Assembly: GCA_013265495.1 (NCBI GenBank)
Contig: MU058009.1
Span: 2,420,001 to 2,484,000 of the forward strand
Length of the DNA: 64,000 nucleotides
Direction: 5' to 3'
Source of the DNA: Vicugna vicugna
Taxonomy: Eukaryota
In this document: positions 37,931 to 51,080 of the stretch, piece after piece
Position numbering within the stretch: the stretch's first letter is position 1
Layout of the letters: the number at the start of each line of letters is the position of its first letter
The notes under the pieces: model-generated
What the model saw: only the letters and a program-made list of their open reading frames with translations
What the model was told of the DNA's origin: nothing
The model's database searches: none
Made by a program: the position numbers and the translations under genes

Positions 37931-40900
37931 GTTTAGCTTATGGGTCCCTGACTCTGTTTCTACACCTCTTTTGTTGTTTCTCATTTTATTTATTTCTTGT
38001 GGTTTGTTTTACTGAAAAGCAATAGATAACATAGTGGGTGGAGGGAAACCTTCTGAAATTGTACATCCTGAGCCCCTCCCTGAGAAATGCTGATTATTTA
38101 GATCTGGGATGGGCTTATCCATCTGAACTATAAACCAGCTCTGCTGGTAATTCGAATGCAGGTGGTCACAAGACCACAAGTTGAAAAACACTGAATTTGG
38201 GGCAGTTTAAGCAGAGGCACCTTCATTTTGTCCTCAACAGCTTTCTGTCTCACTCCTCTTGACGTTCACTACTTTCTTAATTTCCCATTCCAATAAACAG
38301 ACATGCATGTATAGCCTTAAAAGTCCTAAGTTCTGCAAGGTTTTACTGAGTCTATCCTAAGCTGCCTCCCTGGAGGCGACCGCTTTCAACGTTTTGGGCT
38401 GCGCTGTTCTCATACTCGCCGTCATACTCCCGCACAGCACGCACATGTTGGCCGTCTCTCTTTTTCCCCCCGTTCTAGACAACACTATTGATACCCTATC
38501 GTGGAGGATGAGGATTTGGCTCTTATGTCCACATTATTCCACCTCACATCCACTTTCCTTTCTTGCAAGGTCCTAATATAGTTACATCCTAGTATTACTT
38601 GATATGGCAATGCTGAGTGTTTACATTATGCTATGTAAATATTCTTCTCAACTGAGCCCCGTGGTAAACCATGATTTTTACACTTCCTTTCTGTGCAGCC
38701 TTCCTCTACCCCCTGCAGTTAGTCACGGCTACATCTTACACAATTGCTGTAGTGTTCTGAGTCACTCACTACCCATTCTTGCCTACTCTTTGACAGGATG
38801 GTAAAATTCCTCTCAAAGGAGTTGATAAACGTCAAGTAAGGAGGCAGTCTGATTTTTTTTTTTCTTGGAAACATCCCTGCTTAGCCGGCGCCCCCAGTCT
38901 CTGGACCTGGTTACGCTCTGAGCCCATTGTTAGACTGCGAGCTCCCTTGCTGCACCCTGTGAATTGTACTGGATGCCTGTTCCTTGGGGTCCATGCCTTC
39001 TCATTCCTCAGTTTTGCTGGAGCATAGCCTCCTGAGAAAAGGCACACGGAGGCAGAGGCAGGTTTAGTCTGGAGCTGGCAGAGCCCCGGGCCCCTGAGAG
39101 GGTGCAGGTGGCTGCAAGTTGCCAAGGGTGGGAGGGGCGGGCGGGAAAAGCCAGGCTGCCATCAGGAAGCAATTCTGGTCTGTTTTCTAAAGAGATTTTA
39201 AAAGACAGAGCCCTGTGTGTCCCTCCATGGCTCCAGTTTGTTCTGATGCCTTTTCTCAGTGGAAGTAAATATTCACTTGCACACCCAACTTTGTATTTGT
39301 AATTTAAGGACTTTTTCCTAAAGCAGGTAAGATTCAGGCACCACGAGATGTGGCCACTTTTTGAGAGCTTGCATGTTTCCAGTGTCCTCCTTCTTCCTTC
39401 ACACTTGCTTGGAGGTTTGCCTAGATATGGGATTTGAATTGGAAATAATTTCCTCTCAGAATTTTGAAAGCGTTGCTCCATTTTCTTCTAACTTCTCATG
39501 GTGCTGTGTGAAGAAGGTATGCCCTTCTGACTTCTGACCCCGTGTATTCTGTTTCTCTCTCCGGACGTACATGGGTTTTTTCTTTCTTCTTCATGTTGAT
39601 GTTTCATGATGCTATTGGTTGCCGATGAGGTTGTTTTGTTTGGTCATTGTTTTAGGTAAAGAACTTCTCGATCTAAAAATCATGTTCCTCAGTTCTGGGT
39701 GGCTTTCTTCTGTTAAATAATCTCCTGTGTTCTATCTCTCTGAAATTTACATTCATACTTAGATGTTGGGTCTCTGGGACCCATCCTCGAATCTTCTTAT
39801 CTTTTCTATTTTTAAAAATATCTCTTGTCATCTAGTTCTAACAGATCTTCCAACCCTTCTATTAAATTTTTGCATTTATACCATCATATTTTTAACTCCC
39901 GAGGTCTTTGAGGGGGAGACTTCCAATTTTTTTTAATAACATCTTATTTCATGCATGCAGTATGTTCTCATATTTCTCTCAGAACGTTAACTCTGTATAT
40001 TTTCTACATTTTGAGAGTTTTCTTCAGCTGCCAGCAAGGTGCTGTGTTTATTTTCAAAGCCCCCTTCCTGTTTTTTTGGTTCTGCTGTATTCAAATATAA
40101 GTGATTAAGACCGGTGCGTGTGGCATGCAGGCGGGCGAGCCCATGGCAGGGTAACGAGGCAGGGCAGGGTTTTTTGAGGACTTAGAATCACATCTCTAGC
40201 GGATTTCTAGTACAGTCACTTCTCATTAGAAAGCCGTTTATTCTTGTTTGAGAAAAGGCCACTAATAACGTACACTGACTTATTATGTAATTTGTTTAAT
40301 GGTAGAGGTGCTTGCTTTGAGGTGGTCAAGTCCAGGATTCAGAATCAGAATTTGCTCTTGACTCCGCCCCACCCTGCAGCGCCAGTACCTCCGTGTACCC
40401 CTGGGCCGCAACGTGCCTTGTCCTCCATCTGCAGCACAAAGATGATCAGAGGGCTTCCCGAGAGACTGAGCTTTCTTTTTTTTTTCCCCCCAACAAAATG
40501 AACCTTTGTTTTTCAAGCTTACCATACCCTAAAACTTCTGCTTGCAGGTTGAAATTCCTTTTGAATTTTATCCTCTAGAGCAGGTTTGAGCTCTTTTCTA
40601 TTAAAAAATAAAAAGCTCCAAGATCCTAGGATAATGAAAGTTCTGTGAACACATGTACAACTAATTGTTTTGTAATAACCATTTGCAAAACATCCATTAC
40701 CCACCTACAGTGAAATACTGATTAATCCGGAATAAATGAGAGTCTTCAGAGAAGCTCTGTATCAGGCCAGTGTTTGCCTTAACAGGTCGTTTGGGAGAAG
40801 ATTTAATTACAAGGGAAAAGGACAGTTAGCCTAGTATTTTTATTTAAGAGGTTATATTGCAAAAATATTCTCCTAATATCTATAGAGAATGTCTTAGTGA

Positions 40901-42016
40901 TAGGCTTTGGGAGAGAATTTCTGCCCTTGAAGGTCATTCTCCAAATCCATACCATGTTTCCCCTTGTGCAGCCCAACGTGTGATAATTAAATCGTGGGAC
41001 AGATTCATCACTCTTTTTTTGCTGGGAAAGCTTTAGATCTCATGAAGGAACCAGACAACGTGTTACAGGAATGATACCTGGTTTAGCTTTCAAAGACTTC
41101 TTAACTGGAAAGGGTGGGCATTAGATGCTGGATTTCCTACTGCTGGCTTTTCCTTCCCAGGCACCTTTGGAGAAGACTGCCAACTCCTTGAAGGCTGGTG
41201 CCCAGTCTTGTCTTTTCCTCCATCACCTACAACAAAGCCTGTGGTTTGAATTAAATTGACCACAGTACCCATCCTAAATTAGCCCTCCCTACTTGTCCCT
41301 TTGCTGTATCCTCTGTTGCTTTTGCATCTTTTTATGTCACTCCCGCTTGGATGATGCTACCTCATTCTCAGATTTCATGTGTGGAACAGCTTATCAGAAC
41401 ACAGAGTGGGAAGACCTCACATTGTCAGGACTCCAGGTAGAATTTCCAGGGGGGAAAACTCCCCGTATCATCTTACTAAAGATGTCATAATATCTTGGGT
41501 CATCAGCGACACCCCACATGAAGCCCACCTGTGGCCGCAGTTCTGATTCTTGTCTCTCCTCGTGCTCGGTGCCTCACGGTCCTGTCCACTTCCCTCCTCT
41601 CTTGTTGATTGGTCCCCGCTTTGATCCAAACCTTCTCTTTGTTCTGTTCCAACACTGTTTTCCTGCCCCTTTGCCCCTGCCTTTATCCGCTGTCTGGCAT
41701 GTTGTGTGCAAAGCACTGTGATGCACTCATATCTGAAGACGTACCCTGCCTATCAGACACCTTTTCAAACCTCACTCAGGCCCAGGATGAAAACTCTCTC
41801 TCTTCTGGCTGTTTTTGACATCATTTCTATGCTTTGGTCTCACTGGGGTTCTTTGTTTTTATATGGAAAGCTCTAGAACAAGAACTAGGCTCAGTATAAT
41901 ACAGCGATCTGCAAATTAGTGTTTCCTAAACTCTACCACTTGCCACAGAACACGGACTCTCATGTCATGGAGGCTTGTCCGGGAACAACCTGGCATAAGC
42001 TGAAGCCGCTCTCTCT

Positions 42017-43113
42017 CTTTTTAAAATTTAAGTATAGTAACTTTACAATGTTGTGTCCGTTTCTGGTGTACGGCATAGTGGTTCAGTTATATATACATAT
42101 ATTCTTTTGCATTTTTTTCCACTACAGGGTATTACAAGGTATTGAATCTAGTTCCCTGTGCTCTACAGTAGGCCCTGCTGTTTATCTATTTTATATGTAG
42201 TAGTGTGATCTGTTAATCCCAAACTCCTAATTTACCCCTCCCCCTCTTTCCCCTTTGGTAACCATAAATTTTTGTCTATGACTGTTTGTTTTGTAAATAA
42301 GTTATAGATTCCACATATAAGTGATATCATATGATTTTTGTTTTTCTCTGTCTGGCTTACTTCACTTAGTATGATAATCTCTAGGTCCACCCATGTTGCT
42401 GCAAGTGGCATTATTTCATCCTTTTTAAAGGCTGAGTAATATTCCATTCTACATACAGACCACATCTTCTTTATCCAATCATCTGTCATGTCTTGGCTAT
42501 TATAAATAGTGTTGCTATGAACATTGAGGTGCATGTATCATTTACTGAGGATTGAACCCAGGACCTTATGCATGCTAGGCATGCACTCTACCATTGAGCT
42601 ATATCCTCCCTCTTGCATGTATCCTTTTGAAGTTTTTGTCTTTTCTGGGTATGTGTGCAGGAGTGAGATTGCTGGATCATATGGTAACTCTCTTTTTTAG
42701 TATTTAAGGAATCCCCATACTGTTCTCCATAACGGCTGCACCAATTTACATTCCCACCAACAATGTAGCAGGGTTCCTTTTTCTCCACTCCCTCTCCAGT
42801 ATTTATTTGTAGACTTCTTGACGATGGCCATTCTGACTGGTGTGAGGTGATACCTAATTGCAGTTTTGATGTGCATTTCTCTAATAATTAGTGACATTGA
42901 GCATCTTTTCCTGTGCCTGTTGTCCATTGGTATGTCTTCCTTGGAGAAATACCTATTTAGGTCTTCTGCACATTTTTTGACTGTTTTTTTAATATACATA
43001 TTGAGTTGTATGAGCTGTTTGTATATTTTGGAAATTAACCCCTTGTCGGTCACATCAAATATTTTCTCGCATTCTGTAAGTTGTCTCTTTGTTTTGTTTA
43101 TGGTTTCCTTTGC
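42017..43113 (-). mobile_element. 5'-truncated LINE-1 (ORF2 C-terminus and 3'UTR)
   Basis: ORF 42697..43053 (-) [16 protein letters not shown]...[32 protein letters not shown] (41996-42007, 43114-43125). Confidence 0.92.
42541..42613 (-). mobile_element. tRNA-Ala-derived SINE (Vic-1-like) nested in L1
   Basis: Reverse complement of the SINE head (ATTGAACCCAGGACC...CTCTACCATTGAGCTATATCC); TSD TGCATGTATC (42530-42539, 42614-42623). Confidence 0.85.
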
Positions 43114-43401
43114 TAAGCTGAAGCCTCTCTCAATGCCAAAAAGTGTATGCTACCCCAAAACACATCTCCATCCATTTTAACATGAAAATCATTTCCCCCC
43201 AATTCTGTAGGTGAAATTGACACTTCAGGGTGGGACACTGTGTTGGTCCTATGAGTTCAGATATTCCTTTGGAAGGGAGGGCACAGCACTTGTAAGATGC
43301 TCTTGTAAGGACTTATCTAGGGTGAAAAATTACATGGAAAAATAATGGTAAGAGCAACCCTACTAAGGACTGACTTAGGAGATAGTTTCCCCATGATTCA
43401 G

Positions 43402-44877
43402 TTATTTTATTTATTTGGGTCCTCTCTCTTTTTTTCTTGGTGAGCCTGGCCAGAGGCTTGTCGATTTTGTTTACTCTTTCAAAAAATCAGCTCTTGGTTT
43501 TATTGATTTTTTTCTATATTTTTAAAATCCGTTTTATTTATTTCCTCCCTGTTCTTTATTAGTTGTTGCCTTCTGCTGACTTCAGGTTTTGTTTGTTCCT
43601 CCTTTTCTAGTTCTTTCAGGCGGTAAGTTGGTTGTTATTTTGAGTCTGCTCCCAGGCTGCTGCAGCAGAAGCCCCCAGATCCATTTCTGAACCGCGGTGT
43701 GAGGCAGGCGGGACTGAAGCGCGTCAGCTGGGAGAGAATCCCCTGAGTATTCCTCTGCAGGAGCCGTCCACCAGGAAGTGCACTCTGTGGTGTCACCTGT
43801 CACCCACTGTGCAGGCTCACAAAGGGCACTGTTGGTGGCACTACCCTCAGCCCTGCCTCAGCTGTGAGAAGGCAGGCAGTCAGCTCTGGTGTCCCTCAGG
43901 TGCTGTGCTCACACAGTCACCAGGGCAGATCTGCTGAAGTCAGGCACCAGGACCCAGCTGTAGTCACATGCAGTCGCGCACCTGGATCTGCCATGGGATC
44001 AGCCCAGACCTCAGCCCTGCCTCCGTTTGCGCGCACCCACTGCTAACACCAGACCCGTCCCAGCCTTGCACTCAGATGTCCCGCAAACGCTGAGCTTACA
44101 AAGGCACTGGCGGTGTAAATCTGCCGAAGCCACCTGGGACACAGCTCAGATTTCAGCCCCGCTTCCCGAGTCCCGCAAACCCTGGAAATGAGCTCAGACT
44201 TCCACCTCGCCTCTGCCTGGGGGCAACGCGCCAGTGCTCGCGTGCTCCCAGAGCTCTCAGAGGCAGGGCCGTGCCAGCTGCGAGCATGAGAAAGAGGCTG
44301 CTCTGGCAGGGTCGCACCCTTCCCTTCGCATGCATTAACAATGGGGGTTTTTTATGGTGGACCCAAGCTCCATTGCACACACTCCCAGTTGTGGCCCAAA
44401 CCACACTGCAGACCCCTCAGGCTGTGTCCCTGCAGCCAGCCCCAGTCCTCCCCACCGAGGTCTCTCTGAAGCCCGAGTTTCAGCCCTCAGCCACCGCGCC
44501 TCGGGCTGGGGCGTGCTCTGCCTGGTGCCCCCCTGTCCTGCCCGCCGCAGTCCTCGCATCCTCTGGAGCCCCCTTCTCTCCGGGCTGATCTCCCCACTGA
44601 CAAAGGGGCTTCCCAGGGTCAAGGAACCTTTCCTCTTTCACAGCTCCCTACCAGGGGCAACAGTACCATCCCAATACTTTCTTTCTTTCTTTCTTTCTTT
44701 CTCTACCTGGTTACATGGAGATCTTCCCCATAGCCTTGAATGCGTTTAAGACCTTCTGCCCGAGGTCAGCAGATACTCTGTGAGAACTGCTCCACGCACA
44801 GATGTATTTTTGACGTATCTGTGGGAGGAGGTGACCTCTGTGTCTGTCTGTTCTGCCATCTTGATCCACCCTCCTCT
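43402..44877 (-). mobile_element. LINE-1 5'UTR fused to a short ORF2 segment (no ORF1, RT or 3'UTR)
   Basis: Sense start GGAGAGGAGGGTGGATCAAGATGGCAG (L1 5' end, YY1-like core), ~1.2 kb GC-rich 5'UTR, then ORF2 post-endonuclease DNA (43402-43644); TSD CCATGATTCAG (43391-43401) / CCATGACTCAG (44878-44888). Confidence 0.8.
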
Positions 44878-44904
44878 CCATGACTCAGGATTAAAGTTCG
44901 GTTG

Positions 44905-46150
44905 CATCAATTCAGTTCAGATCGAGAACTATTATTCCACGTCAAACCTTGTGCTAAGCCATGGGAAGTGGAACATGAAGCAGGTAAGGTCTCTGCTCTT
45001 GAGGAGCAATAGTCTAGAAAGACCTGTAAATGTGTCATTTTAATATGACACAGTCAGTCAGTGATAGCAATCAAGATGTCTCTATGGCAGTATGGTCGCC
45101 TGGGGTGGGGCTGGGGGGGCACACACAGCACAGTCTGGAGGTTCACAGAGGCTTTCTAGAGGAGATAAGCCCACCTATTGAAACCTGAGTGAAGGTAAGC
45201 CAAATTTTTTTAAAAATGAGAATTATATACGAGGTGAAAGGAACAGCCAAGTATATACCATAAAGAGACACCGTGGGAAGAAACGTGAGATGAGGCTGGA
45301 GAGACAGGCAGAGCGCCCAGTCCAGGGATACTCAACGCAAAGGGGCACGGACTACACCCACCAGGCGGTTAGTCTATGAAACGTTTTAAATTCTATCATT
45401 CGATCACGATGTCATCGTGGTCACCTTGCAGGCAGGTGATGGTGGCTTCAGAAAGGAAGGATTTATGGAGGCCGTGCAGCAGTCCAGGCACAAGACAACA
45501 GAAGCCTACACGAGATCGCCATCGTAGGAACAGAAAGAAAAAGAACACCAGGACATTTGGGGAAGCAAAAATAAGCAGCATTTTTAGGTTTTGGGGGAAC
45601 TAAGACATGGCAGGGCAGCGTGAAGGATGAAGAGTCCAGGAAAGACTCCAGGATTCTGGCTTTAAGAGTGACTCAATTCTAAGCCATTACCTGAGTTTGG
45701 GAGACAGCTGGGGAAGGAAGATGACGACTTCAGTTTGGGACAGATGACTTTGAGGTGTCTAAAGCTGTAGAGGTCAGGGCCAGAGTCATCAGCATGCACA
45801 TGGGAAGAGTCACAGAGTCATCAGCATGCACATGGGAAGTGAACCACAGATGTGGGTGGGCTCTCGCAAGATATATAAAGGAACAGTGGAGCAGACACTG
45901 CTTGTGCTAAAGGAGAGGAAGATGATTATGGAAGATGAAGAGACCACGAAAGAAGAGTCACAAAAGCCAAAGGACTAGGTCATCTCAAAGAGAAGTGACT
46001 AGATAATGGTGTCAACTACAGAGGAGCATCAGCCTGTTAGGTAAGCCTGGAAGAAACCATCTGGAGGGCATCTGGTGACGTCTGTGAGTACAGTTTCAGT
46101 CGGGTGGGGAGGAGGCAGGACCACATGGAATCAGCAATTGTCTTTCCAGT
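44905..46150 (-). mobile_element. LINE-2 fragment
   Basis: Purine-rich reverse-complement L2 phrases (CTCTGCTCTTGAGGAGC...AGTCTAG, TTCAGTTTGGGACAGATGACTTTGAGGTG). Confidence 0.65.
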
Positions 46151-47339
46151 TTTTTTTTTCAAGAAACTTAACTGATTTTGACAATGTCTGATTGCACTAA
46201 ACTACCAAAATTCCTTTCTAGACAAAGAAAACTTCATTTAAGTAGCAACTGAGTTCAATAACAACTTTTCAAATAAATTTAACGTGAAAAATTATTTTTA
46301 ATCATCTATAAATAGACCTATTATCAAAGGTGTTTACTAGCTACTGATGGCGTGGAAAAGCTCCACATGCTTTGGCACCATATACAAAGTTTAAAATTTT
46401 GCAAGACTGTGTGTGGTGCTCCTAGTAAATGTATGTGGTACGCACAGAAGCAAGTGGATGCCAAACACACAACTCAGGATGCCGGCTGCTTCTCAGGGTG
46501 GGGTGAGGGGAGTCCCCGGGAAGCCCCAGTGTTAGTCATGTTCTGTTTCTTAAGCTGGGTAACGGGACACAGTTAAGTTATTCTTTGTGCCTTTTACGTA
46601 CATTAGTTATACTATTCTCATGGCCAAAACAGTAAACAGGAAGAGGGATACACAGCTGTTTCTTTTTCCTTTTTCTGTTGTTACTTTGTGTGAAGAAGTC
46701 TTGAGCCTGGTCATAGTGGGAGGGGGGAAGGCGATTAGAGGGCGCGCGGGCAGCTCGCGACCGACAGACGAGGGCCCAGGGGGCACAGGTGAGGATGCGA
46801 TCTAAAGCGTAGGCAAGGGCCTGGCCTACAAGAGGAGGGCGAGTCTGAGGAGGAGAATGGGTGTGGAAGTGGGTGAATTAGAGACACTGAGATGGCTGAT
46901 GCCTGAGAGTCTCAATCGTGTGAATGGAGTGAGAGGACAGGGTTACGCACAACTGGCTGCACTCAGGTTTGAGGGGAGCTATGAGTTTTCAAAAACTAGT
47001 CTGCGGGAAACGGGAGGAAGAGCTTGCCCGTGACAAGGGCCGCAGAGTGACGCGGAAGGCCCGGCAGCCACCTTGTTCACTGGCGTAAGTGAGGAACAAG
47101 TCCACAGGATGTAGGGAAGGAAGGAAATATGTAATTTAACCTTTTTTCCTTTGTTGCTTGAAAAATAAGCCAACCTTTAAAGTCCAGAGATGCCCCTTTC
47201 ACTCTAACGTGTGCTGACATGGCAGCTGGTAACTGCTTCTCTGTTGGCGACATCCATAACTTGCTCTAATGCCGTTTCACTTTTCATTCCACTGCATTTC
47301 ATTCTTGTGATGTCTTAGTTCGAAGCAAAGACAGAAAGG

Positions 47340-47510
47340 GATTGTAGAACTAGGAAGGGCCACGGAAATTACCTCTTCCCAACTGTACCCGATTAGCAAA
47401 CAAGGAAATTGTGGTCCCGAGAGGTCACATGTCTTGCTTAAGATCACAGAGGAAGTTCATAGCAAAACTTCAACTAGAACCCAGGTCTTCTGACTCAGAG
47501 GCCAATGTTC
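47340..47510. mobile_element. MIR SINE
   Basis: AAGGAAATTGTGGTCCCGAGAGGTCACATGTCTTGCTTAAGATCACA...CTAGAACCCAGGTCTTCTGACTC. Confidence 0.7.
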
Positions 47511-49439
47511 TTTATTAGAGCTTGTGAAATAACTGAACTTAGCCCAGATGTGTTCTTCCGTCCTTAATTCAAGATTCCAGTAAGACTAATTTTCATGAAA
47601 GTTTGAAAGATACAATCAAGAAAGGCCCAGCTCCAAAGCCAGCCCCCCGGGGAAGCCTCAGATTCTACTCCGTGCCTCCAAGGACTACTAGCAGTGTATC
47701 TCGTGACATCCCACTTCTCACAAGTACATATAGCTCCCTGTTAGATTATGAACTCCTTGAAGGTGGGGATCGTTTCTGTTTCATTTACTTCCTCAGCACC
47801 CAGCAGAGGCTTGTATTTCACAGGCTCACGTGAAGAAGAAGGGAAAAAAAGCAGGAATGAAACAACTTTTGCTTAGGAACCAGAGCTGGGAGGTAACTGA
47901 GCCCCTGTTCACGGTAATTTTGTGCCACATCATCACAGACACACGCCAGAACAAGGTTCAGACTCATTCTGGTCTTACTCGTTCCAACCATGTTGTCTGA
48001 GGGACCCGCATACAGAGAACGTAACAGCGACAATCACAGCTGTCAAATTCTGGAGAAGAGTGATGGACTTCGGAGCTACTCAAGGCCTCTCAGACCAGCG
48101 CAGAGCAGGGGTCCACTGTGCCTAAAGTTTAGGGCTAAGCCACAGTGTCATCAGCTTGTGGCAACAGAGGACTTTCAACACTACCTTGTGCTTCCTCTGC
48201 GCCCTGTTACTAAGCAGTACACAGGACAAGGGCGGGTGTGAACCTTGCTATTTGCAGATTAGCAGAAGGCTGAATCAGGCACGGCTGGTTGCATTCCAAC
48301 GTAAACGCAGACCAGAAACCACGTGAGTGTTTCTGTTCACAAGCACACGTTCAGAAAGTATAAAAGCCATGTTCTACAATAAAATAACATGCTATTCCAA
48401 CTGTGCTATATTCTTCCTATAACCTACTCCCTACTCACCAAGCACACTTCATATTTCTGTCAAAAACTACACTCAACCACTGCCCTAAGATCAGGAAAAG
48501 GTTCAACAGTGACCTCCCCAGCCTTGGGGTCAGCAGCACCAGCAAAACACAGCAGCCTTAGTTCAGTCATTACACTTCTCCCAGGAGAGCAGCCCACTCC
48601 CCCTGCACCAACTGTGGGATGGGGTAAGAGCTCCAGAGACGAGAGGGAGCGAGTGTTTATAACACCCTTACTCCAGTTAGCTGCCAGACATTTTCAGTTA
48701 GTCCTCTCAAGATCCCTTTGTTAGTGTCCCTGCTTAGGAGGGGCACTGAGGTTCAGAGAACTTACGGGAGTTGTCTAAGGTCTTTTCACTAGCAGTGGCC
48801 AAACCAGGATTGGACTTAGGCGTGACTCTCCACAGTTCATGTGCTTTCTACTACAGGACTATATTTCCCCTTAAAAGGAAAGTGTAGGAACCCAGTTTCT
48901 TCAGGGGAATCTGGGAAATTGAAGGCACTCAAACTAATACAATATTTGACTTACATCTTTTTGAACTCAACCTGGCTCAGGCCCTTTTGTGAGTTGGTTT
49001 ATATGCTTTCCCAGAGACCCCTGGGCACAGAGGACCACAATGTCTTGGTTTGACTCTTAAGGAGACTAACCTAAGATGATTTCAAGGCTTAGTGCTTTCT
49101 GCCCATGGAAGAGAATGTCCCATGGTCTTTGGGGAATGGTAGGGCAGAGAGAGTAAGCAACGTTATCCACCCACTGGGATGACTGGCTTCAACTGCCTCT
49201 TAGCCTTTGTATGTGCTACTTGCTCTGCCCAGAACTCCACCCACACTACCTGCGTTCACTTCTTTTTCAAGGACACTGCAGTGACATTTGCCTCTAAAGT
49301 TTTTCTCCTCTTCCCCAGAGACTGAATTGGAGTCTTCCCTTTACTGTCATAACACTCTGTACACTCTTGTGTTGTAATAATTAAATTCTTCACCACAGTT
49401 TGACCTTACTACAGACAAAGCCCTTCCCAGAAGATTGGT

Positions 49440-50725
49440 GAAATCCATTTTCAAGAGTAAAAGGGTAGACAAAGGCACCAAGACAATTCAGTGGGGGAAA
49501 GAAGAGTCCTTTCAACAAATGGCTGGGATATCTAGGTTTGCAAAAGAGTAATACTGGATCCCTACCTCATACCATATACAAAAATTAAAGTGGATCACAG
49601 ACATAAACGTAAGAGCTAAAATTGTAAAAATCTTAGAAGAAAACTTAGGAGTGTATCTTCATGACCATGAATTAAGCAATGATTTCCTAGATACGACACA
49701 GAAAGCACAAAAAAAAAGGTAAACTGGATTTCATCAAAATTCAAAGCTTCTGAGCTTTAAAGGACACAATCAAGAAAGTAAAAAGACAACCCACACAAAT
49801 GGAGAAAATATTTTGAAATCGTGTATCTAATACAGGACTTTTATCTATAACATATAAAGAACTAATAGAACCCAACAATAAAAAAAGACAACCCAACTTA
49901 AAATGGGCAATGGATTTGAATAGGCAATTCTCCAAGGAAGATAAACAAATGCCCACTAAGTGCTTGAAAAGATGCTCCACATTAGGGAATCATTAGAGAA
50001 GCAAAATGAAACAAAACAATGAGCTACCCCTTTACACCCACGAGGATGGCTAAAATTAAAGAGATGGACATAGTAAGTGTTGACAATGAAGTAGAAAAAT
50101 TGGAAACTTCATACATGGCTGGTGGGACTGTGAAATGGTGCAGCCACTTCGGAAGACAGTCTGGTAGTTCCTCAAAATGTGAGACACAGAGTTACCATAT
50201 GACCAAAGCAATTCCACTTCTAGGAATATGCCCAAGAACACTGAAAACATAGGTACACACAAAAATATGTACACACACGTTCATAGCATCATTATTCTTA
50301 ACAACCCAATTGTCCATCAACAGGTGAATGGATAAACAAAATGTGATATATCCATATAATGGAATATTACTCAGCAATAAAAAGGAATGAAGTAGTGATA
50401 CATGCTACAACATGGATGAAACTTGAAAACATGATGCTAAGTGAAAGAGGCCAGCACAGAAGACCACTTATTTATGATTCAATTTATATGAAATGTCCAG
50501 AATAGGTGAATTTATGGCAATGTAAAGTAAATTAGTGGCTGCCTAGGGCTGGGGGATCAGAGTGAGGATTGGGGGAAATGGAGGAGTAACTGATGAATAA
50601 GAGGTTTCTCTTGGGGGGTGATGAAAATGTTCTGAAATCGACTGTGGTGATGATTGCAAGAACCACTGAATTTTACACTTTAGGTAAACTATATGGTATA
50701 TGAATTAATATTTTGATAAAGCAGG
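49440..50725 (+). mobile_element. LINE-1 ORF2 end and 3'UTR (L1MB-like)
   Basis: L1 ORF2 C-terminal DNA and an L1MB-type 3'UTR (GGGGTGATGAAAATGTTCTG...TATATGGTATATGAATT). Confidence 0.88.
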
Positions 50726-50892
50726 TTTTTTTTTAAGGGCATGGACAGCAAGGAAAAATCTGCTAGGGAAGGAGGCTTATAATCCACAGAGTTTTCAAGG
50801 GAGGAGAGCACCGATATGAATAACAAAGAAAGGCAGGCAGCCTGTTTTCTGTTTCCTATAGAAAAAGAAAACCAGGAAGCTGGCTCAGAAGA

Positions 50893-51080
50893 GCAGGGTG
50901 TCAGTCTCAGCACTAGGAGATTTGGGGCTGCAGAATCCTGTGCTGAGAGGGACTGTCCTGAACATCAGATGTTCCGCAGCACTGCTAGGCTCTTCCTACT
51001 GGATGCCGGTACCACCACCCCTCACCCCCACTGTGACAACCAAAAATATCTCCAAATGGTCCCCCACTGAGAACTGCTGC
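50893..51080. mobile_element. hAT-Charlie MITE (MER20-like)
   Basis: CTCAGCACTAGGAGATTTGGGGC...GGGACTGTCCTG...TGTGACAACCAAAAATATCTCC...CTGAGAACTGCTG. Confidence 0.75.
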
